32,000 bases of DNA, taken from NCBI RefSeq assembly GCF_000025685.1, contig NC_013967.1, forward strand, positions 150,001-182,000. Reading direction: 5' to 3'. Origin of the DNA: Haloferax volcanii DS2 (GTDB lineage Archaea; Halobacteriota; Halobacteria; Halobacteriales; Haloferacaceae). The notes under the pieces are model-generated. The model searched no databases. It saw only the letters and a program-made list of their open reading frames with translations, and was not told where the DNA came from. The stretch's first letter is position 1, and each line of letters opens with the position of its first letter. The position numbers and the translations under genes were made by a program. Of the stretch, positions 15,626 to 24,891 are shown in pieces.

Positions 15626-17782
15626 TCACTCCGCCGCGCCGCGGGCGGGCGAGAGGTCGCGCCGGCCGCCGACCGTCAGCACGAACAGGACGCCGAGACC
15701 GACGCCGTAGGCCGCCATCAGCGGGAGCGTCACCATGAACATCGTCGTGATGCTCGCGGGGGTGAACACCGCCGAGATGGCGAGGATGAACACCGTGACC
15801 TCGCGCCAGCGATTCCGCATCATCCGGTAGCTGATGCCGGCGGTGTTGAGAAGCACCATCAGGATGGGCACGTCGGCGAGGAGGCCGATGCCCGCGGTGG
15901 TGAAGAAGATGAGCCAGAAGAAGTTGGTGATGCGGTAGGTGATTATCATGTTCGCCGCGAGCGCGTCTTCGACGAGGAACGTGATGACCGTCGGCGCGAC
16001 GTAGGTGTAGCCGAGCGCGAAGCCGCCGAGGAGGCCGCCGGCGAGCGCGCCGGTCCACACGAAGACCGTCCGGCGACGCTTGCGGATGATGTTGCGCTCG
16101 CGGAGCGCGGGCCACACGAAGTACGCGACGAGCGGGAGCGTCGCCAGCACGGCCAGAATCGTCGAGAACTTCACCTCGAAGATGAGCGCCTCCATCGGGT
16201 GGAGCGCGACGACGTTGAGGACTTCCTCGGGTCGCACGGCGGCTGGCAGTCGGCCGAGGAAGTCGTCGTACACGTCCCTGATACCGCCGGTGTAGAGCCA
16301 GCCGAACGTCGTCGCGAGGACGAGCATGAACCAGCCGACGACCCAGAACGCCCGCGAGGTGAGCGAGTCGACGATGAACGCGATGTCGGTGTAGTAGCCG
16401 CCGATGTCGTCCTCGTCGGTCTCGCCTTCGGTCAGTTCGGAGACGAACGCGCCGCCCGCGCGGGTCGTCCGGTCTTCGAGTTCGCCCGGTTCGTCTTCGG
16501 CGTCGGCCGCTTCGGCCTCGCGGTCCGCCTCGGCCTCGTCGAATCGGTCGATGAGCGCCTGCGCTTTGGCCTTGTCGCCGTCGTCGATGGCGGCCGACGC
16601 GAGGGCCATCACCTCGTCTTCTTCGAGGTCTGCGAACGCCTCCGGCGGCGCGGCGCGGACGCCCGCCACGTCGAGCGCCGAGAGGTCGAGTTTCGTCGGG
16701 TCACCGACGCCGATTTCGGTCCGTTCGAGTCGCTCGATGTCGCGGTAGACGAGGTAGGCGAGTCCGAACGCGAGGCCGACGAAGCCGCCGGCGACGACGA
16801 ACGCGCCCAACGCGACCCCCGAACCGGGAGCGAGGAACACGTAGTCGCTGCCGATTGCGGCGAGGCCGTCGTTCGCGAGTTCGACGCCGCCGTACTCGTA
16901 GAAGGCGTAGACGAGGAGGCCGACGACGACGCCGACGCCCGCGAGGAGGTTCCAGTGGGTTGTCGCGGTCGATTTGACGTCTATCTTCTCGCTGCCGCGT
17001 TTGGCCGTGACGACCACGCGAGCGAGATAGAGGCTGAAGGCGTACAGCAAGATGACGGGCACCGCCCACATGATTTGGGTGAACGGGTCCGGCGGGGTGA
17101 ACAGTGCGCCGAAGGCGAAGATGCCGACGATGGCGTGCCGCCACTTGTCGCGGAACAGCTCGTAGGGGACGACTTCGGCGTACGAGAGCCCGGTCATCGC
17201 GAGCGGGAGTTGGCTCGCGAGGCCGAACGAAAGCGTGAGCAGGAAGATGAACTGCGCCCACTTCACGATGGAGTAACTCGGCGTGAAGCCGGCGGAAATC
17301 GCGTTCTGCGCGAGGAACGCGAACGTGAACGGGAAGAAGACGAAGTAGCCGTAGGCGACCCCCGCGGCGAACAGCGCGACCATCGTCAGTCCGATGAGCG
17401 CGAGTTTCCACGGCGCGACGGGCGATTTAGGCCACGCGTCCCGTGCTTTCAGCGCGCCCCGCGAGACGTAGATAAACGGCGGAAGCGCGAACAGCACCCC
17501 CACGACGAGACCGATTTTGGCCTGCAAGAGAATCACGTCGAAGGGGGTCTGGGCGATGATGCTGACGTTGCCGGAGACGCTGGCGTCCATCTGCGCCTTG
17601 GTCACGCCACGGAAGAACTCCCAGACGTAGAGTCGGAGCGCGTAGAACGTGCCGAGGAACCCGACGAGGAAGACGATAAAGACCTTCTGGAGGTCTTTTT
17701 GCGCCGCTCGGAGCATCGCACCGGCGGTCTCGCGGCCCGCCGCGATGGTCTGTTGGGTGTCCTCGTCGAGGGCGCTGGACAT
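15626..17782 (-). CDS. tatCt: Twin-arginine translocase subunit TatC, tandem-duplicated 14-TM form (TatCt)
   Basis: The 718-aa protein has two TatC-like halves joined by an acidic cytosolic linker (about aa 370-460). This fused form is known in haloarchaea. Confidence 0.92.
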   Translation of the reverse strand: MSSALDEDTQQTIAAGRETAGAMLRAAQKDLQKVFIVFLVGFLGTFYALRLYVWEFFRGVTKAQMDASVSGNVSIIAQTPFDVILLQAKIGLVVGVLFALPPFIYVSRGALKARDAWPKSPVAPWKLALIGLTMVALFAAGVAYGYFVFFPFTFAFLAQNAISAGFTPSYSIVKWAQFIFLLTLSFGLASQLPLAMTGLSYAEVVPYELFRDKWRHAIVGIFAFGALFTPPDPFTQIMWAVPVILLYAFSLYLARVVVTAKRGSEKIDVKSTATTHWNLLAGVGVVVGLLVYAFYEYGGVELANDGLAAIGSDYVFLAPGSGVALGAFVVAGGFVGLAFGLAYLVYRDIERLERTEIGVGDPTKLDLSALDVAGVRAAPPEAFADLEEDEVMALASAAIDDGDKAKAQALIDRFDEAEADREAEAADAEDEPGELEDRTTRAGGAFVSELTEGETDEDDIGGYYTDIAFIVDSLTSRAFWVVGWFMLVLATTFGWLYTGGIRDVYDDFLGRLPAAVRPEEVLNVVALHPMEALIFEVKFSTILAVLATLPLVAYFVWPALRERNIIRKRRRTVFVWTGALAGGLLGGFALGYTYVAPTVITFLVEDALAANMIITYRITNFFWLIFFTTAGIGLLADVPILMVLLNTAGISYRMMRNRWREVTVFILAISAVFTPASITTMFMVTLPLMAAYGVGLGVLFVLTVGGRRDLSPARGAAE

Positions 17783-17912
17783 ACGTACGTGGCGAAAGCA
17801 GTCTGGTGGTTATCAATCTTTTTCACCGCGGGCGTGAGTTCGGCTCCCTCGGCGCGCCTCCTCAGGGCGATGCGAAAAGACCTATAACTGGCCGGAAGCG
17901 TAGGACACCTGA

Positions 17913-19238
17913 ATGGCGGACGAGGAGCGTGACGCAGGGCTCTCTGCGGCCGACGACGAGACGGACGCCTCGGACGACACCGACCAGCGCTCGTCCGACG
18001 GCGACGCCGACGACGCCGACGACGCGTCTTCGTCGTCTGACGGTCCGGTTTACGGTCGAGTCACCCCGCGAGACGAGACCGTCACCCATGGGTCTGACGA
18101 CGACGCTTCTGCCGACGTTGCTGCCGAGACGGGCGACAACGGCGACGACTCCGATTCCGACACCGACGCGGCTCCCGACGACGCGGATGATTCAGCTACC
18201 GACTCCGACGCCGACTCTGACGACGAACCGCGTCTCCTCGCGGACGACGAACACACGTCGCACGTTCCCGAGGGGACATACGACGATTCGAGCGACGAGT
18301 CGGCTGACGACGTCGACCCGGACGCGGCGGCCGACGGCGCGAGCCCGGCGCTGACCGGCGAGGACGAGATGGGCGGTGTGGCCCCGTCGTCCGTCTCCGC
18401 CGAGGACGCCGACTTCGACGACGAGGACGTCGGCGGCCTCGTCGGCGAGGCCCCCGAGAGCGACCAGGAGATGCCGCTGACCGCGCACATCGAGGAGATG
18501 ATTCGCCGGTTGGCGGTCGTCCTCGGCGTCGCCGGCGCGATTACGCTCGTGCTGTTTCCCGGCGCGGACATCCTCAACGCGCTCGTGGACACGCAGGCCG
18601 CCTTCGGCGTCCACATCCCGAGCGCGACCGACGTCATCAACTTCCTCTGGAACTCCCACATCCCCGGCGCGGAGACCATCGTCGACCGCCGGCCGCGGCT
18701 CTACGGCCCGCTCGAACTCATCCTCACCAAACTGAAGGTCGCCGGCCTCGCCGGGACCGTCATCGGCCTCCCCGTGTTCGTCTACGAGACGTACCTGTTC
18801 ATGCGCCCCGGTCTCTACCCCAAAGAGCGCAAGTACTACCTCGCGGCCGTCCCGACGAGCCTCGTCCTCGCGCTCGTCGGCGTCCTCTTTGCCCACTTCG
18901 TGGTGCTGCCGGCCATCTTCGCGTACTTCACCTCCTACACCGAGGGGACCGCGGTCGTCGCGTTCGGCCTCAAGGAGACGTTCAACCTCATTCTCATCCT
19001 GATGGGCTACATGGCGGTCGTCTTCCAGATTCCGCTGTTCGTGGAACTGGCCATCATGATGAACCTCGTCACCCGACGGTGGCTCGAAGACCGCCGCCTG
19101 CTGTTCTGGGGCGCGTTCCTCGGCCTCGCGTTCCTCGTCAGCCCCGACCCGACCGGGATGGCCCCCATCATCATCGGCGCGACGATGATTACCCTGTTCG
19201 AGGGGACGCTCGCGGCCTTACGCTGGACCGGGAACTGA
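17913..19238 (+). CDS. tatCo: Twin-arginine translocase subunit TatC (TatCo) with a roughly 186-aa hyperacidic N-terminal extension
   Basis: The TatC core starts at MPLTAHIEEMIRRL (internal ATG 18471) and has 6 TM. TATA-like CCTATAACT lies about 27 nt upstream of ATG 17913, which supports translation of the extension. Confidence 0.9.
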   Translation: MADEERDAGLSAADDETDASDDTDQRSSDGDADDADDASSSSDGPVYGRVTPRDETVTHGSDDDASADVAAETGDNGDDSDSDTDAAPDDADDSATDSDADSDDEPRLLADDEHTSHVPEGTYDDSSDESADDVDPDAAADGASPALTGEDEMGGVAPSSVSAEDADFDDEDVGGLVGEAPESDQEMPLTAHIEEMIRRLAVVLGVAGAITLVLFPGADILNALVDTQAAFGVHIPSATDVINFLWNSHIPGAETIVDRRPRLYGPLELILTKLKVAGLAGTVIGLPVFVYETYLFMRPGLYPKERKYYLAAVPTSLVLALVGVLFAHFVVLPAIFAYFTSYTEGTAVVAFGLKETFNLILILMGYMAVVFQIPLFVELAIMMNLVTRRWLEDRRLLFWGAFLGLAFLVSPDPTGMAPIIIGATMITLFEGTLAALRWTGN

Positions 19239-19350
19239 CCGGCGTCTCGTTTTCCTCCCGTCGCTCCCTCGGCCGGGTCGTTCTGCCTCGCTTTCACCGA
19301 CGGCCGCCCGTTCAGAAGACCTATGTCATAATAGTTGGAATCGTGACACG

Positions 19351-19671
19351 ATGGCCGACCTCGTCGCCCTGTCTGCGGTCGCCCTCCCGCTCTGGTTCGC
19401 CGTGAGCGTCTGGGCCGGCATCGACGCGACCAGACACAGTTCGCACAACGCCTTCCTCTGGAGCCTCTCGGTGTTCGTCGGCGGGATTCTCGGCTTGGCG
19501 CTGTACCTCAACCCCGGGCGCGACGAACCCGGGGTGGGCCGCCGCGCGGGTCAGTCGCGGTCGCCGGACGGCATCTCTTCCGCCCGTACCGAGACCGTCT
19601 CCTGTCCGAACTGCCACTCGCTGGAGGAAGCCGACCGGGATACCTGCCGTTTCTGCGGCGAGTCGCTGTAA
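19351..19671 (+). CDS. Small membrane protein with a PLDc_N-like 2-TM domain and a C-terminal zinc ribbon
   Basis: WFAVSVWAGIDATRH...FLWSLSVFVGGILGLALYL resembles the PLD N-terminal membrane domain. The C-terminus is CPNCHSLEEADRDTCRFCG. TATA-like TCATAATAG lies about 25 nt upstream. Confidence 0.65.
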   Translation: MADLVALSAVALPLWFAVSVWAGIDATRHSSHNAFLWSLSVFVGGILGLALYLNPGRDEPGVGRRAGQSRSPDGISSARTETVSCPNCHSLEEADRDTCRFCGESL

Positions 19672-19701
19672 CGCGCCGAATCTCCCCGAGACCGCGGGGA
19701 A

Positions 19702-20184
19702 TCACACTGCGTCCGACGACTCCGTCGCCTTCCGATTCTCGGCCGCGACCACTCCCTCGACGCGCGTCTTCAGCCCCTCGTTCATGGCGACGAATCCCGC
19801 CCGGGTTTGCTCGCCGACGAACCGCAACAGGAGTCCGGCGAGGACGCCCGAGAACGTCTCCGCGTGTTCGAACCGGGTGCGCTCGCCGCCGTCGAGCGGT
19901 TCGAGGCGGAACCGGTGTTCGCCGTCGAACAGTCCCGGAACCACGAGGTGGCCGACCCAGCGCAGTTCGCGGTGCTTCTCGCAGTAGACTACGTCGGGTT
20001 CGAACTCCGACTCGCGGCCGCCCGGCGGTCGCAGGTGGACGGTGAGCGTCGCGCCCTCGTTCGGTCGCCCGGCGATTCGCATGAACGGGTTCCATTCGGG
20101 GTAGCGGTCGAAGTCGACGAGCGCCTCCCACACCCGCTCGGGCGGGGCGTCTATCTCGATGCTCGTGACGAGTTCGTGTGCCAT
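19702..20184 (-). CDS. SRPBCC (START/polyketide cyclase-like) domain protein
   Basis: TSIEIDAPPERVWEALVDFDRYPEWNPF is the typical SRPBCC N-terminal signature. Size is 160 aa. Confidence 0.8.
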   Translation of the reverse strand: MAHELVTSIEIDAPPERVWEALVDFDRYPEWNPFMRIAGRPNEGATLTVHLRPPGGRESEFEPDVVYCEKHRELRWVGHLVVPGLFDGEHRFRLEPLDGGERTRFEHAETFSGVLAGLLLRFVGEQTRAGFVAMNEGLKTRVEGVVAAENRKATESSDAV

Positions 20185-20258
20185 ACCTAACAGTTGGGCG
20201 GCCGAGACCGTGAATCTCGCGCGGAACGTTCATTGCCGGTGAGGAGAGAGACGGACGT

Positions 20259-20897
20259 ATGGCAACCCTCCTTCTCGCCAGACACGGCGAGACGACGTGG
20301 AACCGCGCCGGGCGCGTACAGGGGTGGGTCCCTGTGTCGCTCACAGAGCGCGGCCGCGAGCAGGCCGACGCCCTCGCGCGCCACGTCGCGGACAGCTACG
20401 AGGTCGACCGCCTCGTCTCCTCCGACATCGAACGCGCCCAAGAGACCGCCCGCCCCGTCGCCCGCGAACTCGGCCTCGAACCCGTCCTCGACTCGGCGTG
20501 GCGCGAGCGCGACGTGGGGTCGTTTCAGGGGCTCGAATTCGACGAACTCACCGACCGGTACCCGCAGTACTTCCTCTCGGCGGTCGGCGCGCCCGCCGCC
20601 CGCGAGCGCCCTCCGAGCGGCGAGAGCCTCGTCGAGGTCCGCCGCCGCGTCCTCAACGCTCACGAGGGGCTCGCCGACTCGCTCGACGCCGACGAGACGG
20701 TGCTCGTCGTCAGCCACGGCGCGCCGATTCGGCTGTCGCTCGGTGAGGTGAAGGGCCTCGACATCGTCGAGACGATGCTGTCGCAACCGCTCGACAACGG
20801 CGGCATCTGCGAGTTCGAAGTCGAACTGAGCGACGACGGCGACGAACCGCTCGTCCACGTCGTCGCCGAGAACGAGACGCGATTTCTGACGACGTAG
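20259..20897 (+). CDS. Histidine phosphatase family protein (phosphoglycerate mutase-like)
   Basis: Catalytic RHGETTWN motif at the N-terminus and a downstream SHG motif (VVSHGAPIR). Confidence 0.85.
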   Translation: MATLLLARHGETTWNRAGRVQGWVPVSLTERGREQADALARHVADSYEVDRLVSSDIERAQETARPVARELGLEPVLDSAWRERDVGSFQGLEFDELTDRYPQYFLSAVGAPAARERPPSGESLVEVRRRVLNAHEGLADSLDADETVLVVSHGAPIRLSLGEVKGLDIVETMLSQPLDNGGICEFEVELSDDGDEPLVHVVAENETRFLTT

Positions 20898-20942
20898 GTC
20901 GGTCCGGCGGTCTGGTCCGAGTTTCTGACTGTTATCTCTCAG

Positions 20943-21839
20943 CTACTTCCGCATCGGATAGTCCTGCGCGAACACGTCGTCCACGAGGAGGTCGTCGTCG
21001 CCCGCGTCGGCGTCCGTCTCCGCCTCGGCCCCGGGGCTGACGCTCCCGGTCCGGTAGCCGTGGAGGTCGAGCGTGACGTGGTCGAAGCCGGCGTCCTTCA
21101 GGTGGTCGCGGGCGGCGCGGACGAAGTCGGCGTCGAGGGCGCGGTCGAGTTCCTCCGGCGCGACCTCGATGCGGGCGAGGCCGTCGTGGTCGCGGACGCG
21201 GAACTGCTCGAAGCCCCACGTCCGGAGAATCGTCTCCGCGCGCTCGACCCGCGAGAGTCGTTCCTCGGTGACTTCGAGGCCGGTCGGAATCCGCGAGGAG
21301 AGACAGGCCATCGAGGGCTTGTCTGCGACCGACAGGTCGTAGTCGTCGGCGATGGCGCGGACCTCCTCTTTCGTGATGCCGTGGGCCAAAAGCGGCGACA
21401 GCACCTCTAACTCCTCGACGGCGCGGAGGCCGGGGCGGTGACCCTCGCCGGGGTCCGAGGCGTTGGTTCCGTCGCAGACGGCCTCGATGCCGCGGTCGCG
21501 GGCGGCCTCGTACATCCGGCCGAGGCGCATCGTCCGGCAGTGGTAACACCGGTCGTCGTCGTTGGCGACGAAGTCGGGGTTGTCCAACTCGGAGAACTCG
21601 ACGGTCAGGTGTTCGATGCCGATTTCCTCGGCGACGCGCTTCGCGTCGTCCAACTCGGCGTCCGGCAGGGTCTCGCTTTTCGCGGTGCAGGCGACCGCGT
21701 CGTCACCGAGCGCCTCGTGGGCGAGTGCGGCGACCACGCTGGAGTCCACGCCGCCCGAAAAGGCGATGAGGACGCTCTCGCGCTCCGCGAGCGCCTCGCG
21801 TACTGCGTCGGCCTTCGCCGCGACGTCTCGCTCGCTCAT
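20943..21839 (-). CDS. larE: PP-loop ATP pyrophosphatase of the LarE type (sulfur insertase for nickel-pincer nucleotide cofactor biosynthesis)
   Basis: PP-loop SGGVDSS, the LarE-type PSMACLSSRIP cysteine motif, plus CYHC. It belongs to the TIGR00268-like family. Confidence 0.82.
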   Translation of the reverse strand: MSERDVAAKADAVREALAERESVLIAFSGGVDSSVVAALAHEALGDDAVACTAKSETLPDAELDDAKRVAEEIGIEHLTVEFSELDNPDFVANDDDRCYHCRTMRLGRMYEAARDRGIEAVCDGTNASDPGEGHRPGLRAVEELEVLSPLLAHGITKEEVRAIADDYDLSVADKPSMACLSSRIPTGLEVTEERLSRVERAETILRTWGFEQFRVRDHDGLARIEVAPEELDRALDADFVRAARDHLKDAGFDHVTLDLHGYRTGSVSPGAEAETDADAGDDDLLVDDVFAQDYPMRK

Positions 21840-22016
21840 GGCCTCCTTTCCCGGCCGACGGGCAAAAGCCCCTCGCCCCCGGCGCGAACGACCGCGAAGG
21901 GCGCACGCGCCGTCGAATCGGCCGCGACGGGCGCTCCCGCGTCGACGCGACCCGCCCGTCGTCCCGGAGTCACCACCCCGCGACTTTTTGTCCTATGCCG
22001 CGATAGGTCCGCCCGA

Positions 22017-24011
22017 ATGGACTTCGAGACCATCCCGGGCGTCGGCGAGAAGACGGCCGCCGCGCTCGCGGAACTCGACGACGCCGAGCGAGCGCTCACC
22101 GACGGCGACGTGGCGGCGCTCGCGCGGGCACCGGGACTCACGGAGGGGAGGGCGGCGGCCATCGCCCGCGGCGCGATTCGCCGCGACCACGACGACCCCG
22201 GCGGCTTCCTCGCCACCGACCGCGCCTCGGAAATCTACCGCGACGCGCTCGGTCTCTTGCAGGCGCGGACGGTCACGACGTACGCCGAGAAGCGACTGGA
22301 GACGCTGTTTCCCACCGGGTCGGCCCCGCGCATCGAGGAGGTCCGGGCGTTCGCCGCCGACGCGACCGACCTCGACCCCGACCCGGACGTGCTCGCGGCG
22401 CTGTCGGGCGTCGAACCCCTCGCGGACCCGACGCCGCGTCGCGTCCGCGAGCGCTGTATCGCCACCGCCGACGCGGAGCGCTACGCCGCCGCCAAGGAGG
22501 CGTTTCCCGAACTCTCAATCGAGGTCGTCGAAGACGGCCGCGACATCGCCGAACTCGCGCGGTCGTACTCGACGGTGGTCGTGTTGGACGAGTCGTTCGC
22601 CGGCATCGACGTGGACGGTGACGTGCGCGTCCTCCCCGACGCCGCCGAGCGGACCGACGAGGTCGTCCCCGAGCGACTGCTGGCCTTCTTCGCCGCGAAC
22701 CGCGAGGCCTTGGAGGCGGCCGCCGCGGTCCACGAAGTGGCCGAACTCGACCCGCCCTGCGACCTCGCCGCCCTCCGCGACGTCCTGTCCCGACTGGCGG
22801 ACGACGGGACCGTCCTCGGAGACGACGAACTCGAACGCCTCTCGAACGCGGTGGACGACCTCGACACCGCCGTCTCGACCGCCGAATCGGTCGCCAACGA
22901 CCGCCTCCGCGACGTGATTCGCGAGCGCGACGTGACCATCGAGGGGACCGACTTCCTGTCGCTCGTCGAGCAGGGCGCGCGCGTCGACTCCCTGCTGTCG
23001 CGCGAACTCGAAGACGAGTTCGACGAGGCGCTTTCGGCCGCCCGCGACCACCTCGTGGAGTCGCTGTCGCTGCGCCCCGGCGAGGCCGACCTCACGGAGC
23101 GGGTGTTTCCCGACGACCCGTCGTTCCCGCTCGGCCACGACGAGGAGGCGGTCGGCCGCCTCCGAACCGAACTGAAGGCCGCCCGCGACCGCCGCGCCGC
23201 GAAGTTGAAAGCCGGCCTCGCCGCCGACCTCGGCGACCTGCGCGACCCCGTCGAGACGCTGGTCCGCGACGCGCTCGAACTCGACGTGCGCCTCGCCGTC
23301 TCGCGGTTCGCCCGCGATTTCGACTGCGTCTTCCCCGAGTTCACCGGCGCGGCCGGGGACGACGGTGCCGGCTCGTTCGCCATCGAGGCCGGCCGCTCGC
23401 CCCTCCTCGACGTGGACTTCTCGGACGTCGACCCCGTGGACTACGAGGTGTCGGGCGTCACGCTCCTCTCGGGCGTCAACAGCGGGGGCAAGACCTCGAC
23501 GCTCGACCTCGTGGGGCTCGTCGTCGTCCTCGCGCACATGGGGCTTCCCGTCCCCGCCGAGTCGGTCCGCCTCTCGCGGTTTTCCGAACTCCACTACTAC
23601 GCCAAGTCGCAGGGAACGCTCGACGCCGGCGCGTTCGAGAGCACCCTCCGCGACTTCGCGGCGCTCACCGACGGCGCGGCCGACCGCCTCGTCCTCGTGG
23701 ACGAACTGGAGAGCATCACCGAACCCGGCGCGTCGGCCAAAATCATCGCCGGCATCCTCGAAGAACTCGCGGAACAGGGCGCGGCGGCCGTGTTCGTCTC
23801 CCACCTCGCCGGCGGCATCCGCGAGGCGGCGGACGTGTCGGTCGCGGTCGACGGCATCGAGGCCGTCGGACTGGAAGACGGCGAACTCGTCGTCAACCGC
23901 TCGCCCGTGAAGGACCATCTGGCGCGTTCGACCCCGGAACTCATCGTGGAGAAACTGGCCGGCGAGAACGAGACGAGTTTCTACGGGCGACTGCTGGAGA
24001 AGTTCGACTGA
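22017..24011 (+). CDS. MutS-family ATPase lacking a recognisable mismatch-binding domain, with an N-terminal helix-hairpin-helix (archaeal MutS-like, MutS5-type)
   Basis: N-terminal HhH IPGVGEKTAAALAEL. C-terminal MutS domain V has Walker A GVNSGGKTSTLD and Walker B LVLVDELESITEP, followed by SHL. ATG at 22017 is preferred; the ORF-track start at 21438 is antisense to larE. Confidence 0.85.
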   Translation: MDFETIPGVGEKTAAALAELDDAERALTDGDVAALARAPGLTEGRAAAIARGAIRRDHDDPGGFLATDRASEIYRDALGLLQARTVTTYAEKRLETLFPTGSAPRIEEVRAFAADATDLDPDPDVLAALSGVEPLADPTPRRVRERCIATADAERYAAAKEAFPELSIEVVEDGRDIAELARSYSTVVVLDESFAGIDVDGDVRVLPDAAERTDEVVPERLLAFFAANREALEAAAAVHEVAELDPPCDLAALRDVLSRLADDGTVLGDDELERLSNAVDDLDTAVSTAESVANDRLRDVIRERDVTIEGTDFLSLVEQGARVDSLLSRELEDEFDEALSAARDHLVESLSLRPGEADLTERVFPDDPSFPLGHDEEAVGRLRTELKAARDRRAAKLKAGLAADLGDLRDPVETLVRDALELDVRLAVSRFARDFDCVFPEFTGAAGDDGAGSFAIEAGRSPLLDVDFSDVDPVDYEVSGVTLLSGVNSGGKTSTLDLVGLVVVLAHMGLPVPAESVRLSRFSELHYYAKSQGTLDAGAFESTLRDFAALTDGAADRLVLVDELESITEPGASAKIIAGILEELAEQGAAAVFVSHLAGGIREAADVSVAVDGIEAVGLEDGELVVNRSPVKDHLARSTPELIVEKLAGENETSFYGRLLEKFD

Positions 24012-24065
24012 CGCGGCCGCCAGCGCCAACACACGATTTATCTTAACACGCCGACAACTCCGCCC

Positions 24066-24335
24066 GTGCCCTCCGACTCGCTCTCCCCCGAGGAACGACA
24101 GCAGTACGACCTCGTCTACCACGCCACGAAGAACGCCATCTGGGACGTGCTCGGGACCGCGGTCTACGTGTTATTTCTGGTGTTCGGCGGGTTCCTCGTG
24201 CTGTTCGTCTTCGTACTTCCGGCGCTTAGTGCGCTCTCGCAGACCGGCGGAACGCCGGTCGTCCTCGGCGTCGGCGCGGTCGGACTGATTCTGTTCGTCG
24301 CCATCGGCTACCGAATCGTCCGGCTCCTTCAGTAA
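24066..24335 (+). CDS. Small membrane protein (2-3 TM), function unknown
   Basis: The GTG start has TATA-like CGATTTATCTTAA about 25 nt upstream. Hydrophobic segments include VLGTAVYVLFLVFGGFLVLFVFVL and VLGVGAVGLILFVAIGY. Confidence 0.55.
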   Translation: MPSDSLSPEERQQYDLVYHATKNAIWDVLGTAVYVLFLVFGGFLVLFVFVLPALSALSQTGGTPVVLGVGAVGLILFVAIGYRIVRLLQ

Positions 24336-24736
24336 GTGACGTATCGGCTCGCGAGTTCCCACCGAACCGTGGCGACGACGCCGACCGCGCCGAGCAGTAC
24401 GGCGACGAGCGAGCCGACCGTCGTCGGGGCGGTGTAGTCGGTGGTCGCGTCGAACTCGAACGCGTAGTAGTTCCCGTCACGCTCGACGAGTCCCGGGAGA
24501 TTTCCGGGGTCGTCTTCGAACCGAAGCACTTCGCCGGCGAGGGCGCGGTCCACGGCCCGCTGCTCAGACTGCGAGAGTTCGCTGTACAGCGGGGGAACCG
24601 TCTCCGGCGTTTCCGACAGTTGCTGCTCGTAGCGATAGCTGTAGTCCTCGTCGGCGGCGAAACCGAACCCGAGCACGCCCCCCCCGACGAGCGCGAGCGA
24701 GACGAGCAGCGCGGTGAGCTGTGCGCGAGTTGCCAT
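24329..24736 (-). CDS. Membrane-anchored protein (N- and C-terminal TM), function unknown
   Basis: N-terminal TM or signal anchor LTALLVSLALVGGGVLGFGF, an acidic central domain, and a C-terminal TM. It overlaps the convergent gene by 7 nt. Confidence 0.6.
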   Translation of the reverse strand: MATRAQLTALLVSLALVGGGVLGFGFAADEDYSYRYEQQLSETPETVPPLYSELSQSEQRAVDRALAGEVLRFEDDPGNLPGLVERDGNYYAFEFDATTDYTAPTTVGSLVAVLLGAVGVVATVRWELASRYVTY

Positions 24737-24891
24737 GGCTCCGCATCTATTGTTGTGAAATTAACTATTGTGGCTCAACTCCTGATGGGCTGTCGGTCCA
24801 CGGGGCACACAGAAACGACGACGCCCGTCCGCCCCCCGTCGGACGCCGCCGCGGTAAACGATTAAGTCCCCCGCGCGTGGTACTTTACTCG

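Noticed and set aside
21438-22016. The long N-terminal extension of the MutS-like ORF (track start 21438).
   Set aside because: The extension is antisense to larE, is Gly/Val/Arg-rich and lacks motifs. A TATA-like element and the HhH-containing N-terminus support ATG 22017.
24721-24891. The upstream extension of the orc ORF (track start 24721), and the possibility of a replication origin in this gap.
   Set aside because: The extension covers the AT-rich promoter patch and is Cys/Arg-rich. I found no ORB-like repeats or extended unwinding element, so I make no origin call.
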